Origin: Trichoplax adhaerens
Taxonomy: Eukaryota > Animalia > Placozoa
Assembly (NCBI RefSeq): GCF_000150275.1
Contig: NW_002060943.1
Span: forward strand, 1 to 64,000
Reading direction: 5' to 3'
DNA: 64,000 bases
Shown: positions 1 to 13,787 of the stretch, one piece after another
How the letters are laid out: every line of letters starts with the position of its first letter
Numbering within the stretch: the first letter of the stretch is position 1
Notes under the pieces: model-generated
Seen by the model: only the letters and a program-made list of their open reading frames with translations
What the model was told of the DNA's origin: nothing
Databases searched by the model: none
Made by a program: the position numbers and the translations under genes

Positions 1-193
1 CATTGCGTTATAAGTGTGAACGGCGCACGTATATAAGCCGCCNGTTTTTCAATACAATAAAGAGAGAGTAGGAGTTAGTAGTTAGTTTTAAAATAACTTC
101 AACTACATGTTCAATGCTAGGATTACACATATTGTACAGTGTACTGTAAATCGAGTTACAGTGTAAAGATACTTCCGAGTACTACAAGTATTT

Positions 194-223
194 TCGCCAG
201 TGAAGTCGGCGGGTCTAAACTAG
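194..223 (+). mobile_element. Helitron-like 3' terminus (GC hairpin + CTAG|T)
   Basis: CGCC-agtgaagtc-GGCG hairpin followed about 8 nt later by CTAG (220-223) then T; same layout as 31508-31538. Confidence 0.4.
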
Positions 224-487
224 TATGTGTTTATAAAATAAGAATGTGGCTACTTTGATTGTAACAGCTACATTAGCTGCAAAAACATATAAGAGGCGGA
301 TTTAAACCGCTTAGAAAATAATTTTGAAGCTTTTCTAGCAGTGCATTTCGCTAGATTACGGCTTTATATCTTTGCATGAAGATCTAGCATAAACTAATAT
401 ATTTCTAACTTTTCTATAAACTTTTAAAATTTTGACCTGTTCTATCATGACTTTTTATCTAAAACTCCGGAGACATAAAAGCTTAGC

Positions 488-2125
488 ATGTATTCAGCAA
501 ATCTCGAAAATTGTAACGGAACATTTATATAGGGCAGCTTTAAAGTTACAGAATAAATTCTTGTCTATTAATACCATCAAAAACTATAGCTATCAATACA
601 AAGAAAATAGTTCATAACCCTACATACTATGTCTATATGGCTAAGTTATGATAATCTATTGCTGCAAGATTATTATGTAAGACATGATACAATTTGCAAG
701 TTTGATTTAAATAATGTATAACTCAACTGGTAAGAAGGCATTTACCGATACATCACCGGTAAAATCTACTTGCATTTGGGGATAGTACGAAGCTAAATGT
801 CACTATGCCTATGGTAACTTACAACGTCGTTAGCTTAGGCATTCTTGCGAAACTGCCAATCTCAATGGACTTAATAGAATTATATGCTATCTGCCTTAAT
901 ATTTTATATGAGTAAAATTCAATATCAATTAAATTAGTAAATGAAAACATTTTTAATTAAAAATAGAATAAATCTTTAAATTTCTAGTTTTGAAGTAACA
1001 TGATACTTAGTTTAAATAGCTTATTTATTCGAGTAAATATCAATTAGCAATTATAATAATTAGTCAGCATAGTAGAGCTTTCTTACAATGTTTGCAATGA
1101 TGGCAAATGAGGAAAGGTATCATTTTTGATCATTTGAATTCTACCATAACTTAATATCCTGTAAGAAAACATCAATGAGTAGGCAAATAATCTAAAAAAG
1201 CTCTTTATTAGCATGAACTTTAATAAAATACTATATTTTTGACAAAATTTTGGCACAAACTGCTGATAATATACAGTATTTCTATTACATCAGTTTAGAG
1301 CGTGAAAAAGCAAAAATATTTCTACTATTGTATGAAAATTCAATATTTGTCTTTCTTATTGATTGGCTTACAAAAGTTTCAGATTCGTCAGCCCCTGAAA
1401 TTTGCTGCTGTCGATTACAATTTGCTGATTTGGCATATTTATTACGTTACTAAAATGTTTATCATAATAAAGTGAGTACAAAATTTAAAGTCCATTCTTG
1501 ATTGTGAACAAATAATTTAACTTCAAATAGGAAAACTGAGATTGCTAAAAATATCTTTTATCCCTATTGCAACTGTGCAAATTTAACGTGTCAATACTGT
1601 TACTAGCAACGAGGGACTAATTTAATTAGTTTATTAAGCTTACAGGTTCAGTAAGAATGGATGGTTACGAAATGTATAATTTGAAGAAAAATGACACGGA
1701 TTAATGTATCTGCGTTGATTGGCCGTAAGATAATATAGCAGAAATATAAAACATTTTTGTTAACAAATCCCATCTTAAAAATTGTAACGCATTTACTAGA
1801 ATGAAAAGCCAATCGTCTTGTAGCCAGCTAATAAATAATAGGCAATTAAACTTGAATAGGCATAATATTATTTAAGCTAACAGATTCTGCAAGCTTGTAA
1901 GTGCGTATAACGCTTTTTCGTTGCCATTCTTGTCACTGATTAATCTGAAATTACAATCAATATCAGTAATACTAGGTAATACATCACCGTAATTAGAAAT
2001 TATGCATATTTAGATTTAATTATCCTTGATTTAAACGCAAGCATCACACTTACAATGTTTTAACATGACGAAATACTGTAAAGGAATCCGAAGTTATGTT
2101 TGCTAGAGGATTATCTCTCAAGTTT
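488..2125 (-). CDS. LRR receptor-like gene, internal LRR exons (5' part runs into N-gap)
   Basis: Phase-2 GT-AG exons: 2125-2054 NLRDNPLANITSDSFTVFRHVKTL; 1944-1882 LISDKNGNEKALYALTSLQNL; 1709-1644 YINPCHFSSNYTFRNHPFLLNL; 1449-1372 NVINMPNQQIVIDSSKFQGLTNLKLL; 1158-1087 ILSYGRIQMIKNDTFPHLPSLQTL; 894-823 QIAYNSIKSIEIGSFARMPKLTTL; probable 72-nt exon about 559-488 with a non-canonical donor. Confidence 0.75.
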
Positions 2126-3222
2126 CTAATAATTGCACAAAGCATACATACCCTTATTCTCTGAANNNNNNNNNNNNNNNNNNNNNNNNNNNNNNNNNNN
2201 NNNNNNNNNNNNNNNNNNNNNNNNNNNNNNNNNNNNNNNNNNNNNNNNNNNNNNNNNNNNNNNNNNNNNNNNNNNNNNNNNNNNNNNNNNNNNNNNNNNN
2301 NNNNNNNNNNNNNNNNNNNNNNNNNNNNNNNNNNNNNNNNNNNNNNNNNNNNNNNNNNNNNNNNNNNNNNNNNNNNNNNNNNNNNNNNNNNNNNNNNNNN
2401 NNNNNNNNNNNNNNNNNNNNNNNNNNNNNNNNNNNNNNNNNNNNNNNNNNNNNNNNNNNNNNNNNNNNNNNNNNNNNNNNNNNNNNNNNNNNNNNNNNNN
2501 NNNNNNNNNNNNNNNNNNNNNNNNNNNNNNNNNNNNNNNNNNNNNNNNNNNNNNNNNNNNNNNNNNNNNNNNNNNNNNNNNNNNNNNNNNNNNNNNNNNN
2601 NNNNNNNNNNNNNNNNNNNNNNNNNNNNNNNNNNNNNNNNNNNNNNNNNNNNNNNNNNNNNNNNNNNNNNNNNNNNNNNNNNNNNNNNNNNNNNNNNNNN
2701 NNNNNNNNNNNNNNNNNNNNNNNNNNNNNNNNNNNNNNNNNNNNNNNNNNNNNNNNAAAAATAAATTTGTCTTAAGCTATAGTAAATTTAGAGAATACAA
2801 CTGTCATCCTGTCTAGCCTGGCATTTCCTTTCGAGCTTATCTCTGCTATTATAGAATTCTCAAGATTACAAATAGGGTGTTGGATGGCGCTGTTAATTCC
2901 ATAATAATCTTAGCAGGGTTACTGTATAGAGGACGTGGTCGTATTGGTACTACACACCGAACTCATGAATGATCTTAATTTTCTTTACTAAAATATTAAA
3001 TAGCTATAGTAATCCAAGATAAAAATGTTATGCCTACAGATAACAAATAAAGTAAATATTTCTTTATTACGTAATATTATAATTATTGAATCCCTTATTA
3101 CAGCTAGAAAATTTTAATATTCATTTCTAAAATAACTATATTTTGGATTGTAGATTATTATGTAATGAAGGTTAATATTTAGTATTCTCCTTCATAGAAT
3201 ATTTCTTTATTTAGTAATGTAT

Positions 3223-3572
3223 TGTAAGATAATTTAAGATTTTAGTGTAGGACTTGCAAGTAATATCCAAATTAGTGTAGATGATAGTGGAAGGATTGTG
3301 TCAGATAGTATAATGTAGTCCGACTGTGAAAAATTAGTTAGTAGATGTTCTCACCTAAGTATTTTTATAAGATAACTCATGATTGTTAGCTGCTGTAGAA
3401 GGGTATATAAACCCGTCAGATAGTTGAATAAAATAATTCTCAATTGTCTAATTGAGTTTAACGTAGAATCAAAGGCGTCCAAATTCTTGTGAGCAGGGAT
3501 ACTGAATCCCGGAGACTATAGTAATTTAGAGATTTGCTTTACGTTATCTTTGTCGCGAAGCTGGTTTGTGAC
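3223..3572 (+). mobile_element. solo LTR-like element
   Basis: TGTAAG...GTGACA ends; TATATAAA about 3404; AATAAA about 3427; 3' end similar to family A; an inverted homolog lies at about 45530-46111. Confidence 0.55.
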
Positions 3573-3777
3573 AGTTATATACCGTAGAAAAGTAAGATTT
3601 ATAGATTTAGTAATACTTGGAATCTAGGCTACAATTTATCTGATCATATGTGTTTGTCACGGTTCTTAATATTACCGTGAGCTAGTTTGGCGATAAATGT
3701 TGTAGATGTGTTCGCTAGCCTCGCATCTTGCTAATGAAAGTACGCATGTGGGCTAGGTAATTTATACTTGAACTACA

Positions 3778-4177
3778 TGTTACATATTGTTATCTACATT
3801 GTTATTGTAGCTATAATTGTATCAAAGTTGGTGTGGCATTAATATAGCAATGTGACTAAAGTAGTAAATCATGACAATAATATGCTGTATTTAGATGAGA
3901 TAAATACATTGATCGTGACTCCGCGAGAAGTCATAGTAATCCTAGATATTTAATTTCATACTAATACCTTTCCAGTAATAAGTAACGTTATGATATGTTT
4001 TTGTTTATTAACCTTCTGTTGTAAACAGGCACTGTATATAAGTAGCTCCTTAATTTCAGATGTTCAGATGTTCTTAATAGCGGATTTCGAACTCTCAATA
4101 AAAAGTTTACTATTACATTGCGTTGAGCAATTTGTGTTTAGTAACAATTTTACTTGTTGCAACGCTGGTTTGTGACA
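3778..4177 (+). mobile_element. solo LTR-like element
   Basis: TGTTACA...TGTGACA ends; TATA about 4035; AATAAA about 4097; 3' end 'ttgttgcaacgctggtttgtgaca' shared with family A; no clear TSD. Confidence 0.5.
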
Positions 4178-4974
4178 GTGTTCAATTGTGTTACGGTGTT
4201 GCTTTGTCATTAGGATAGTTTACTAAGTACTGTAGTAGCTAGTATGGAGAATATCCATATTTGTAGTGCTAGGTAAGATAAGTAATGCCTTAAGGTGGAT
4301 GTTGTTTGTAATAGTTCATTACATACTTGATATTGATTGTTATTGTGTGACAGATAGCAGTAAGATGATTCAAGTTCTAGTTGATGATAGTTGAATTAGA
4401 CAACCTACGAGCTTAGATTAAGATTAAGTATGAGTAAGAGATTCAAAATATTTACTGATAGAAAAGCTATGTAAGGAACATCTCATTTCGAGATGTTTCT
4501 CCTAGTAAGGTATAACAATAATACTGTTGTTGTTTACGAATTAGACGGTTCCTATATAAACGGTAACATTTGAGTTGAGTGGTTTGGTAAAAAGTTGTAG
4601 ATGTATCTTTGCTAATAAAAGTTTCATCTTTACAGTCTTTTGTGGTGTGTGTTCAAAGTTAAGTAAAAGGGCGTTTAAGTCAGTAGCTACTTACAGACTT
4701 TTACTGTAGGTTACCTTATTGCAGAAGTGAAATTGTGGCAAATTGCTAGTTTTATTTGGAATACTTTAGAATAGTGATTTGATAGTCTGATATCATCAAG
4801 TGTTCTGCATAGCATAAAAAAGGTGGCGTAGTGTAGTAGAAAAGTAGTTGAAGTCTTAGCTGAAGATAGAAAGTGAACATTAGGATCTTCCTATATTCGT
4901 TAGTAATTCGTAGTGTACGTTGGTAGTTTGATAGGTGGAGGCGGTAATTCTGCTCTTATTATCATTTTAAATTG

Positions 4975-5180
4975 ACTTTTATAAGTTGTTTGCTAAATTA
5001 TAAATAAATTGGTGAATTCCTCTAATTTTCTTTTAGTTGAAATTCAAAATTCGTTAGATTTACTTAAACTTCATTTTTTATTGGCTTTTATAAGTTGTTT
5101 GCTAAATTATAAATAAAAGTGGTCATTTCCTCTAATTTTTCTTCAGTTGGAAATCAAAAGTTGTTAGATTTACTCAAACT
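4975..5180 (+). repeat. ~110-bp tandem duplication
   Basis: 'ctttataagttgtttgctaaattataaataaa...ttagatttact.aaact' occurs at about 4975-5070 and about 5086-5180. Confidence 0.8.
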
Positions 5181-7163
5181 ATTACGTGTATTATTATTCA
5201 ACAATCGTAGCTTATTCAGTAGCTCTTTCTAGAAATCTTTCTAGTAGTTATATTCGGCTTGGGTAGAGCTGTGCGAAAATTATCTTTGTATAAACATCTA
5301 ATAAAGTTTCGAATTTCTGCAAATTTTCAGATATTGCGATCGTTTATATCGCGCCATTTTCCTGCAATCTTTGGGTATTTTATGTGTACGACCGATATTT
5401 GATAATAATAGTACAGTTCAAGCAAATTGTATGAATTGTAGTATTGCACCCCAAATTTGATTATAAGGATAGCTATATTCGATATAGTTAGGTTACTAAG
5501 AATAGATATTATCGTGATGCTAATATTAGATGATTCTTAGCCACGATATTAGAAATTATCGATGTCAAATAGAAGAGTAGAAATATCTAAAGTAGAATGA
5601 TTCGGATTGTAGAAGATAGCAAGGTTCTATTTGATGACTCAAGTCTAATTGCAGTTAATTAAATTGTCTTAAATGGATCAAACAAAATATGTTTAAGAAC
5701 TGGGGAGATAAGTTCACATTAGGAAGAGAGTTCTCTTCGCTTTGAGCTCGGAATACTTTAGATTTTAGACTAGATTCTTGTAGTAATTAATTATTGCTTA
5801 ACTATTATTAGAAGTCTTGTAATAATAGCTTTTAAGAAAATACCATTTGACTAAGACAGCTATTGTGGGACACCTTTATTACAGAATATACTGTATTATT
5901 ACCTAAAATGGCGATTTTAAATAATAATATTTGATAAATGGTTTTTAATTACTTGCTATGGTGTTGTATATCGAAATTTTATAGTATAAAGATAAATCAC
6001 CCCTATGGAATTATGTAGATGAGATTACTATCAGGCCTTTTCTTCTACTATACATTTGCTTAAATTATGAATCGTAAGCTACAACGAAATTAATACATTT
6101 GGTCTATGTTTATAGATGCTAAAGCATTTCAAACTTGCTGAAGTAACACTAACTAAATTGGATCGGTTAGGTTGCTATTGTAATAGGTATATAGCATACT
6201 ACATTTACTAAGTAAAATTGTTGTATAATTCCTTAGATTTCTTGATTAAAATACATAATTTTAATACCGAAAGCTTTTCTTTCCGTCTTAGAGGCATTAA
6301 TGAGCAATTTTGGAATTTGATTAATTTTACTGACTTTCTCTACTTTAGCAATTCAAAATAATTACTTATAAATTTTTATTAGTTATATTATTAATTAATG
6401 AAGCGATCCTGACATTGGTTAAAGGATAATTTTGGATGCTTATCAATGGGTAATTATAGAATCTCAGGTGATAAGTTTACATAATTATTTAAGTTATTTG
6501 AAATAAAGACTTAGGAAGTGACAATGAATTCCGTTGCATAAAGTTATTATATATAATTCTTTTGAAATGGAGAAATAAGGTAAAACTTTGGAGATTATTA
6601 TGTTACTTCGACAAATTGAATTCATTATTCTATTTGCAAACTTACATTAAAGATAACTCTTGGGAACCAAAGCAGATTGCATCAGTAATTGAATGAAGTC
6701 TGTTAAAATCTATATATCTACATATAAATGTCAATAAATACGATTAATGAAGGCTATTTTAAGCTGAAGGATAATTCTTTAAGTATTTTAGTGATGTTTT
6801 TACTTCAATAACGCTAAAAAATTTAATGCTTACAGTGTTTGTAGAAAATTGAGGCTATTAAATACTCCTACTGGAAGTTGCTGTAATAAATTGTTGTTTA
6901 AGTTTCTAATAAACACAGATAATAATTCTAAGTTACCCTCACGAAAACTTGATAATGAAATCAAGTAATTTTGTTAGTGATATACTAAATCATATAGGAG
7001 TCCTTTATATTGTTAATGATAATATACTATGTAAACACTTTGGTAGTATAATATTACTAGTTAATGTGCTATGCTTTATTTTTAATGACCGTAAGCGCCT
7101 AAAATTTACTGTAATGGTTCTTTGTACTCTGTTAATAGTTGTGCATTTTAAATGATATATTGT

Positions 7164-8366
7164 TGTTACAGTGTTATATACTGTATTAGAGTAGAAATGT
7201 ATATGTTAGGATAATTCTTGTTAGCTTATCCTTATTTAATTAACTTCTAATTTGGATATACTGTATTTTAATATAGCACTGACTTTTTATGACAGTGACA
7301 CTTATACACATACTGAAATTAATAGTTATAATAGGGAATGCAAATCATCTACTTACAGTTCGAATCATTGTGATTGTAATTTACTTATGGTAGATTGTAA
7401 ATTATCATGGAAATGTTCCGTGATAGGACATATCGTAATCTGACTATTCTGCATTAGTCATTGCATGTCTATGTTCGAAAATACTGTTGTCTGCATTAAG
7501 GGAGCAGTAGCTAAAATTAATATTGTAGAGACTTGATACTACATCATTTATGTTTATCATAAGTATTTGTTAGTGCGTTGTGAACATTTGTTTTAGTCGT
7601 GTTAAGTAGGTTATTAATGGAGGCGGTACGTGTAAATGATAAAATTAGTATATTGAGTATTATAATTTATTATTGTTGCTTTCAAGTGACTACGGTTAAC
7701 ACCTTAGCTGTAAATAAGGATTCATTAGAATTCCTTGAATTGATTGGTTTTGTAATCTAACACTGTTAAATAACTTGTTTATCTATTTGACTTATACTAA
7801 TTTCTGTTTTGAAGCCTCATAGTAAGCCTATGAGGAAAGTAACGAGCATTTGCTTTCATTGATAGTGTACACGAAGGTTGTAGTGCCACAACTATAAAAG
7901 GACATGACAGATTACTGCAATTTTAATCTTATTTTATTTGGTTTCATTAATCAACAATCTTAATAAACTATAGTATTTGTTTTTATCCCTTCGGAGTGAT
8001 CTCGCTGTGAGACCGTCAAGCACCCTGATCCCAACCACCGGACCGTTGAAGAAGGCAATTTTTTACGATAGAATTGGCCAAAATTCTACAAACATCTAAT
8101 TCAGTAAATGATTCTAATGCTAATTGTATTAACTATGACTCATGAACTATTGAGGAATAGTATATAAATGCAGTATATCGTGTAATAAAGTGGATTCTCA
8201 AACTTAGTGTTTAACGTAAAATACGAGGCGTTTAAGTCTTTGTGTAGTCTGCTAGTAGAGCAAAAGTGCTTCTGATAGTCCAGATATCGTCCCTTGATAC
8301 GTGGTTCAAGGAATTGACTTATTGATCGTATATTACGTTATCTTGTTGCAAAGCTGTTTTGTGACA
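7164..8366 (+). mobile_element. solo LTR family A (about 635 bp), split by a nested solo LTR
   Basis: TGTTAC...GTGACA ends; TSD ATTGT/GTTGT; TATATAAA 8161; AATAAA 8184; near-identical inverted copies at 24846-25402 and 42181-42811. Confidence 0.8.
7524..8090 (+). mobile_element. nested solo LTR (567 bp)
   Basis: TGTAGA...TCTACA ends; TSD AATAT(7519-7523)/AACAT(8091-8095); absent from the other two family A copies; TATAAAA 7893; AATAAA 7962. Confidence 0.8.
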
Positions 8367-8749
8367 GTTGTACAATTTCTTGCAAGAGATATATTACTGC
8401 ACTTGATTAGATAGGAGGTAAACTATTTTCAAGATCATAGTGCCGTAACGGGTTTACTTGACATTTTACTTAACTGATTCTTAATCGCAACGTATAGTTG
8501 TCATAATTAAAGATCATGTATATAATTGTATATTAAAGCCCAATCGTAACAATTCACGGCACTATAGATTATTAAAACCAGTATTTTGATTTTTGTGAGT
8601 GAGCTAATTGGTAATGTTATTGCATTAAATGAATCAGTATTTAGTTTGCTTATTACAAAACAATAAATTGACTAACTTCATACACCATTTAAAGAAATAC
8701 ATTTACCTCACTAATAACTTATGTCTTTGTAAGTAAGAGTAAGCAGGTG

Positions 8750-10320
8750 TAGCTATCCAAATACTTTCACGTGAATACTACAATAAATAAGCTAAATTGT
8801 ACTGAACTGCCTATAGATATTGGCTTGTCTTACTAGATACAGGCAAATTTAGGTCAAATCATTCTTACAATTTTTTCAAAGAGAATAAGCCATAAAATGT
8901 TTTATTAGAGACATATCGTATCCTATTTCGAGATAAATTCCTATATTATAAAAGAAAGTAGATGTTGATCTCCACAAACGTACTATCAGCAGTGAGAGTA
9001 ATTACAAATCTGTTTTCAACAATGTTCTTTAGTAAATGCATCAATGTCATCATTAGAGAAAAATAAAATGCCGTACTGTATGATTACTTTTTAAAGCACT
9101 GGTATAAAGTATTTTTCTATGGTATGATTTGTCATTAATACGCATTACACTATATGGCACTCTCTTTTCAAGAATATAGAACGTATTGTAGACTTCTAAT
9201 TTAGTAAGTTAATAAGTAAATTCCTTGATTTAAGCGCTAAAATTTCCTTCTGTATCTCATTCCTAATCCAAACCTTTCAAGCGCAATCGCAGATAACCTA
9301 AGTTAATGAGCGTTTTTTAATACAAGTCGCTTTTATGCAATACTCAACTAGGGGTATATGATGCAACATACAAGTAGGTACAAAGGCTACCGTAATTATA
9401 CGATATACTTAGCTTATGCATGCATGGAAATATTCTATAATACTTCAGACGATGCCTGTGCGACATTTACTAAAAATCTCAAATACAGTCTCCATCTTTA
9501 AATATCGATAAAATTAATAAGAATACAATTATTTATAGCATTAACATACAGGTCAGTCAGAGTTCTAAGTTCTTTGAATGCTTGATCACAAATTGTATTA
9601 ATTCGGCTACCTTGCAATGAACTAAAATTTTCATATTATATCGAACAAAGTTAAATTAATAATCCTTTGAATCGCTCTTTGAAATATGACTAGCATTAGA
9701 TCAGAATGATAATTTTTAAATAGGATCACTATGGCATCAAAATTAAAAGTCTCTAAATGAATTATAATTTGATAAGCAACCAAAATTAAGGCTAAATTTT
9801 ATATCCAAAAGTGCCGCTATGTAATTAAAACGAAGACTTTCATTTTAAAATAGCAAAATGAGTATATATTTGGAATATTTCAGTAATGGTACTAGCCGCG
9901 ATAGAGAACGTCTACAATCGCTATAATATGCATAGTCATGCCGACATCGGCTGTCTAAGGGTGGTATACGTACAAAAATAGTTAACTGAATATCTAATTT
10001 TATTACTACCTGCCTGACTTATTCATGAAATAGCTCTAAAAAACTTTGCAATATCTTAAAGTTTTAGAGTAGATTTCGTTACGGTGCTGCAATGATTCAC
10101 ATAGCCTAACTCAAATTACAGAATGCAAGATGGCGAAAGCAACTTACAGTTTTAGAAGTCGAGGTAAATTTATGATTATTTCACATTCCACGTAGTGCAT
10201 ATATCCTGAAGTTAAATCACTGAAAAAATTTTTAGATAAAAATACAAATAAGGTATTCAATTCTAATTCTCTGTTGATAAAATGCCTTGAAAAGGTACGA
10301 GTTGAAGCTCTAGTCTATCT
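8750..10320 (-). pseudogene. decayed LRR receptor-like gene (paralog of 36860-38600)
   Basis: 72-nt exons 10219-10148 DLTSGYMHYVECEIIINLPRLLKL and about 9621-9550 SLQGSRINTICDQAFKELRTLTDL; LRRCT-like VICDCA*KVW at about 9297 has an in-frame stop. Confidence 0.6.
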
Positions 10321-10963
10321 CTACTATTAAATGTTTACATATTTTTATAATTTATACACCGCATGTATCAATATTTATTTTAACCTATCTTCAAAAAAGC
10401 TGAAATATACTCTATGTAATAGTTTTACTTCTACTGTTTTAAAGATTCTTATTTATAACAGCAAAGTATTGCACTATTATTGGGGAATAGCTGCAGCTGT
10501 GGGTGTAGTGTATTTAGCTTTCACTGTAGTTTTTTGACATGATCTTAAATATAGACATTTTGTCATGTTTCAAATATAATAGATACCTCTATAGTCTATT
10601 TCAAGTATGCTCAAATATAGTCTGTCATGTTTAGTTATTTATAGCACCTACAGTCTTCGCTATTTCCAACAATTATTTATTATTATATAGTCTGTTTATG
10701 GTATATGATGTATCTAATTCTGCAATCCTGTTCTCTGCATATGTTCTCTCTTTAAACTATAAATACTGATAATTTATGCCTCAGATTTGTTCAGTTGCNN
10801 NNNNNNNNNNNNNNNNNNNNNNNNNNNNNNNNNNNNNNNNNNNNNNNNNNNNNNNNNNNNNNNNNNNNNNNNNNNNNNNNTATCCAATTCCTATGATCTA
10901 CTCCAAATCCTGATAAATTTTAATATAAATCTATACTACAATATCATACATATAGGATACAAT

Positions 10964-11164
10964 TGTAATGGTTTGCACAGATTAAACTATGTTAGTGGGC
11001 CGTGGCTTATGATGAAACGGTAAAGTGCGGTATTCGCTCTTTTACCAAGTACTAGAGCCGGGACTGACAGCTTATACAATATAGACTATGCCGAAATGTG
11101 TTAGTAAAGTAGGTCTAAGATCATTAATTTACGAATTTAACGTAGTAGCAGTAAGGCTATTACA
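10964..11164 (+). mobile_element. small solo LTR family S, copy 1 (201 bp)
   Basis: TGTAATGG...CTATTACA terminal inverted repeat; perfect 5-bp TSD ACAAT; homologs at 45691-45927 and 52411-52827. Confidence 0.8.
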
Positions 11165-13678
11165 ACAATTTAGGTAATTTTAAGGTAGTCGTTAATTGTG
11201 AACTGAAAAGTACCACTCCATATATAAGACATTTTAGATCTAAAATATTTCCTACAAGATTTCCAAATTCTGCAGGGTATTGAATACATGCTTGGGAAGT
11301 TCAGTAATCGGATTAGCAGTTAATGTCCTGTAGATAAGATGGAATAATTTTTATTTACTTTGATACGATTGAGTTTATCGCACTGTGTACACTATTCTTT
11401 AAAAAAATCATTAATTAAAGCCCGCTCATGCCATAAATAAGAGTAAAAATTGAAAATCTGGAAGTTATGCTTACAAACTTAGGAGTTTTTTCAGTCCATT
11501 AAAGGCATTCTTATGAAGAGAAAGAATATTTGCATCTTCCATTTTTCTAAATATTGATTAAAGTCGATTTCTGATATTAAATATTAAACTTTTGTATTCT
11601 AAGATATATATCATTAACTTACAAAATTTGCAAATTTTTCAAGTTAAAAAAGGCATTTTTGCCAACGGTTTTAATAGGATTTCTTCCTATATCACTATTA
11701 AAATAACATAACAAGTTTTATGTGTGCTTGAACACATTTAAATATCCACAAACTGTCAGTCATTATACAGCTTACAGTGAACGAAGATTGGGTAAGTTTT
11801 TGAGAGAATCTTGAGATGCACTTTCGCAATCGATAAGGTTGTTGTATAAGTCTCTAATTAAAATATTGAAACATTTAAGAGTGTTGCAATGCTTTTCAAA
11901 TCTAATTTAGAGTTGACATTCTAATAGAATATTAACTTATGTTAAATAGCCGCACTTGAAGTGCACATAATACTACAGGCATATTTTACAAATGTTTTGT
12001 AACATCGTTTTACCGTAACCACTACAATGTCGCATTGTGATACCAGGATATCATAAGATGTTTTTAACGCTTAGTTTTAATGAAAGATTGTTAATTACAA
12101 TAACTACGTGATTTAGGTAGTCAACAAAGTCTAATTAGTAGCAAACTGGTGTACAAATATTCATGTTTTTCTTCACTTAGGTTTAACTGTTCAGGCCTCG
12201 TAAATCTATCTGAGGAGTAAGGACAGTATAACCCATAGATATTCTTGTTATTAGGTTGTCCTGAAGTTCTGAGCTCTATTTGGCTAACAGGTATTATTAG
12301 TCCGCGCAGAAGCTCATCAACCGATAGAAAGAGTGCGTTTATATAAAGCTATGCTTTGGTTCATATTTATTACTGCAGTAGTCTGTGCTGAGTACTGTTG
12401 TAGTAGCGTGACTGTGTTGATCTTAAAATTTAGACCTATAATTAATAAATTATTTGTTAATTATAGGCTTGAGCAATCGTTGGTGATCTATTACAGATCG
12501 TAAATTAAAGAAGAATTTATTTCCCTGGCTTTATCGGACCTACGTTATCTGTTGTTACAAGTTATTTGATTGTAATTCCTTAAGTACTAAATAAAGTGAT
12601 CTGTATATTTATCTAATATAACCAAACTAGCACCATTCGCGAATCGTAGCGTTAACAGAAATAGTATTAATAATCCTTTCAGCCAGTGATTAAGCTTTTT
12701 AGATATTTTTATAATTATTTAAATTAATAGTCAAAGGTACTCAGCAACATTGTATTTATTATGCCTTAACAGCAATTTAGTTTTAAGAAATGCAGTAAAA
12801 GATGTCAATCACTTAAATGTAATAATTACAATAGGCAACTTACATTGCGTATATCCAAGGCTGCACAATTGATGTATCGATAGGAAATTTCTTAAAATTA
12901 TTCGACCTTAATATTCTAAATAGTGGTAGACATTTACGAGTATTTTAGTATCGGTAATTAATAACTTGAAAGTATGTGAACATGTTTGCATTTCCATTGA
13001 AAATGGCAAGAACTGTATAGTATTTCAAGATCTAAATTTAGCACTAGTTTAAAGCAGTTTGTTCTATCTGGCTATTGCTACTGTAATTAAATAATCACAA
13101 GGCGTACGAATCCTAATATTTTAGTGAACTTTTCATAGATTTTAGGTTATAGCAAGACATTCAGTCATTCTACAATATTCTAATTTATTACGATATTTTA
13201 AGTAGCTTATTCCGGCAGGTAACATTTTCTGAAACTAAATCAAATTGTATGAAACTCGATACCTTGTTGGAAACTTGATAATCTATCAACCTGGTGCATA
13301 TTAATTTATTTTTTCTAACTACTTGATCGTTTGGTAATTCTAGAAAGTTATACTATCGTTCTATGGCTGTTACATGCGAATGAGTGGTCAGCTAATCATG
13401 TCGATAAATGAACTATGAGAAAGTATGGTTCCTCGATGTAGAATCTGTTTTCAATGCTCTAAATCATTAGAAATTCAAATTATTGTGCAAGCAACTTTAT
13501 TGTTCTTTAATTAATTAAACTATCTATTTAGCTGGCGTGAGATTGATGCATAAAGCCACCGTAGTACAAATTGATAATCGCCTTTAAATCAATTAATGAT
13601 ATTTTTCATTGCACTTTTTAATTTAAATAGCCAAAGTAGAGTACCGTCTTTTATGATAGCAATATTTGATCAACTTAC

Positions 13679-13787
13679 ACCAATTGATAAGGAACAATCC
13701 ATTTTCTAGGAAACTGATACATTTTCCTATTTTGACAATTTAACTTGACATCATTGCAAGCACATCCTTTAATGCATGGGAGTTGGT
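13679..13787 (-). CDS. LRRNT-like exon
   Basis: AG/GTAAG-bounded phase 1-2 exon: (D)QLPCIKGCACNDVKLNCQNRKMYQFPRKWIVPYQLV, matching CxxxCxC...C...P LRR N-cap spacing. Confidence 0.65.

Noticed and set aside
2133-2816. Long ORFs spanning N-runs (also about 10.8, 18.3 and 24.4-24.9 kb)
   Set aside because: Artefacts of assembly gaps translated as X.
7252-7443. 63-aa Cys-containing ORF repeated three times (also 25123-25314 and 42533-42724)
   Set aside because: Lies inside near-identical solo LTR family A copies and starts with TTG; the conservation reflects repeat identity, not coding constraint.
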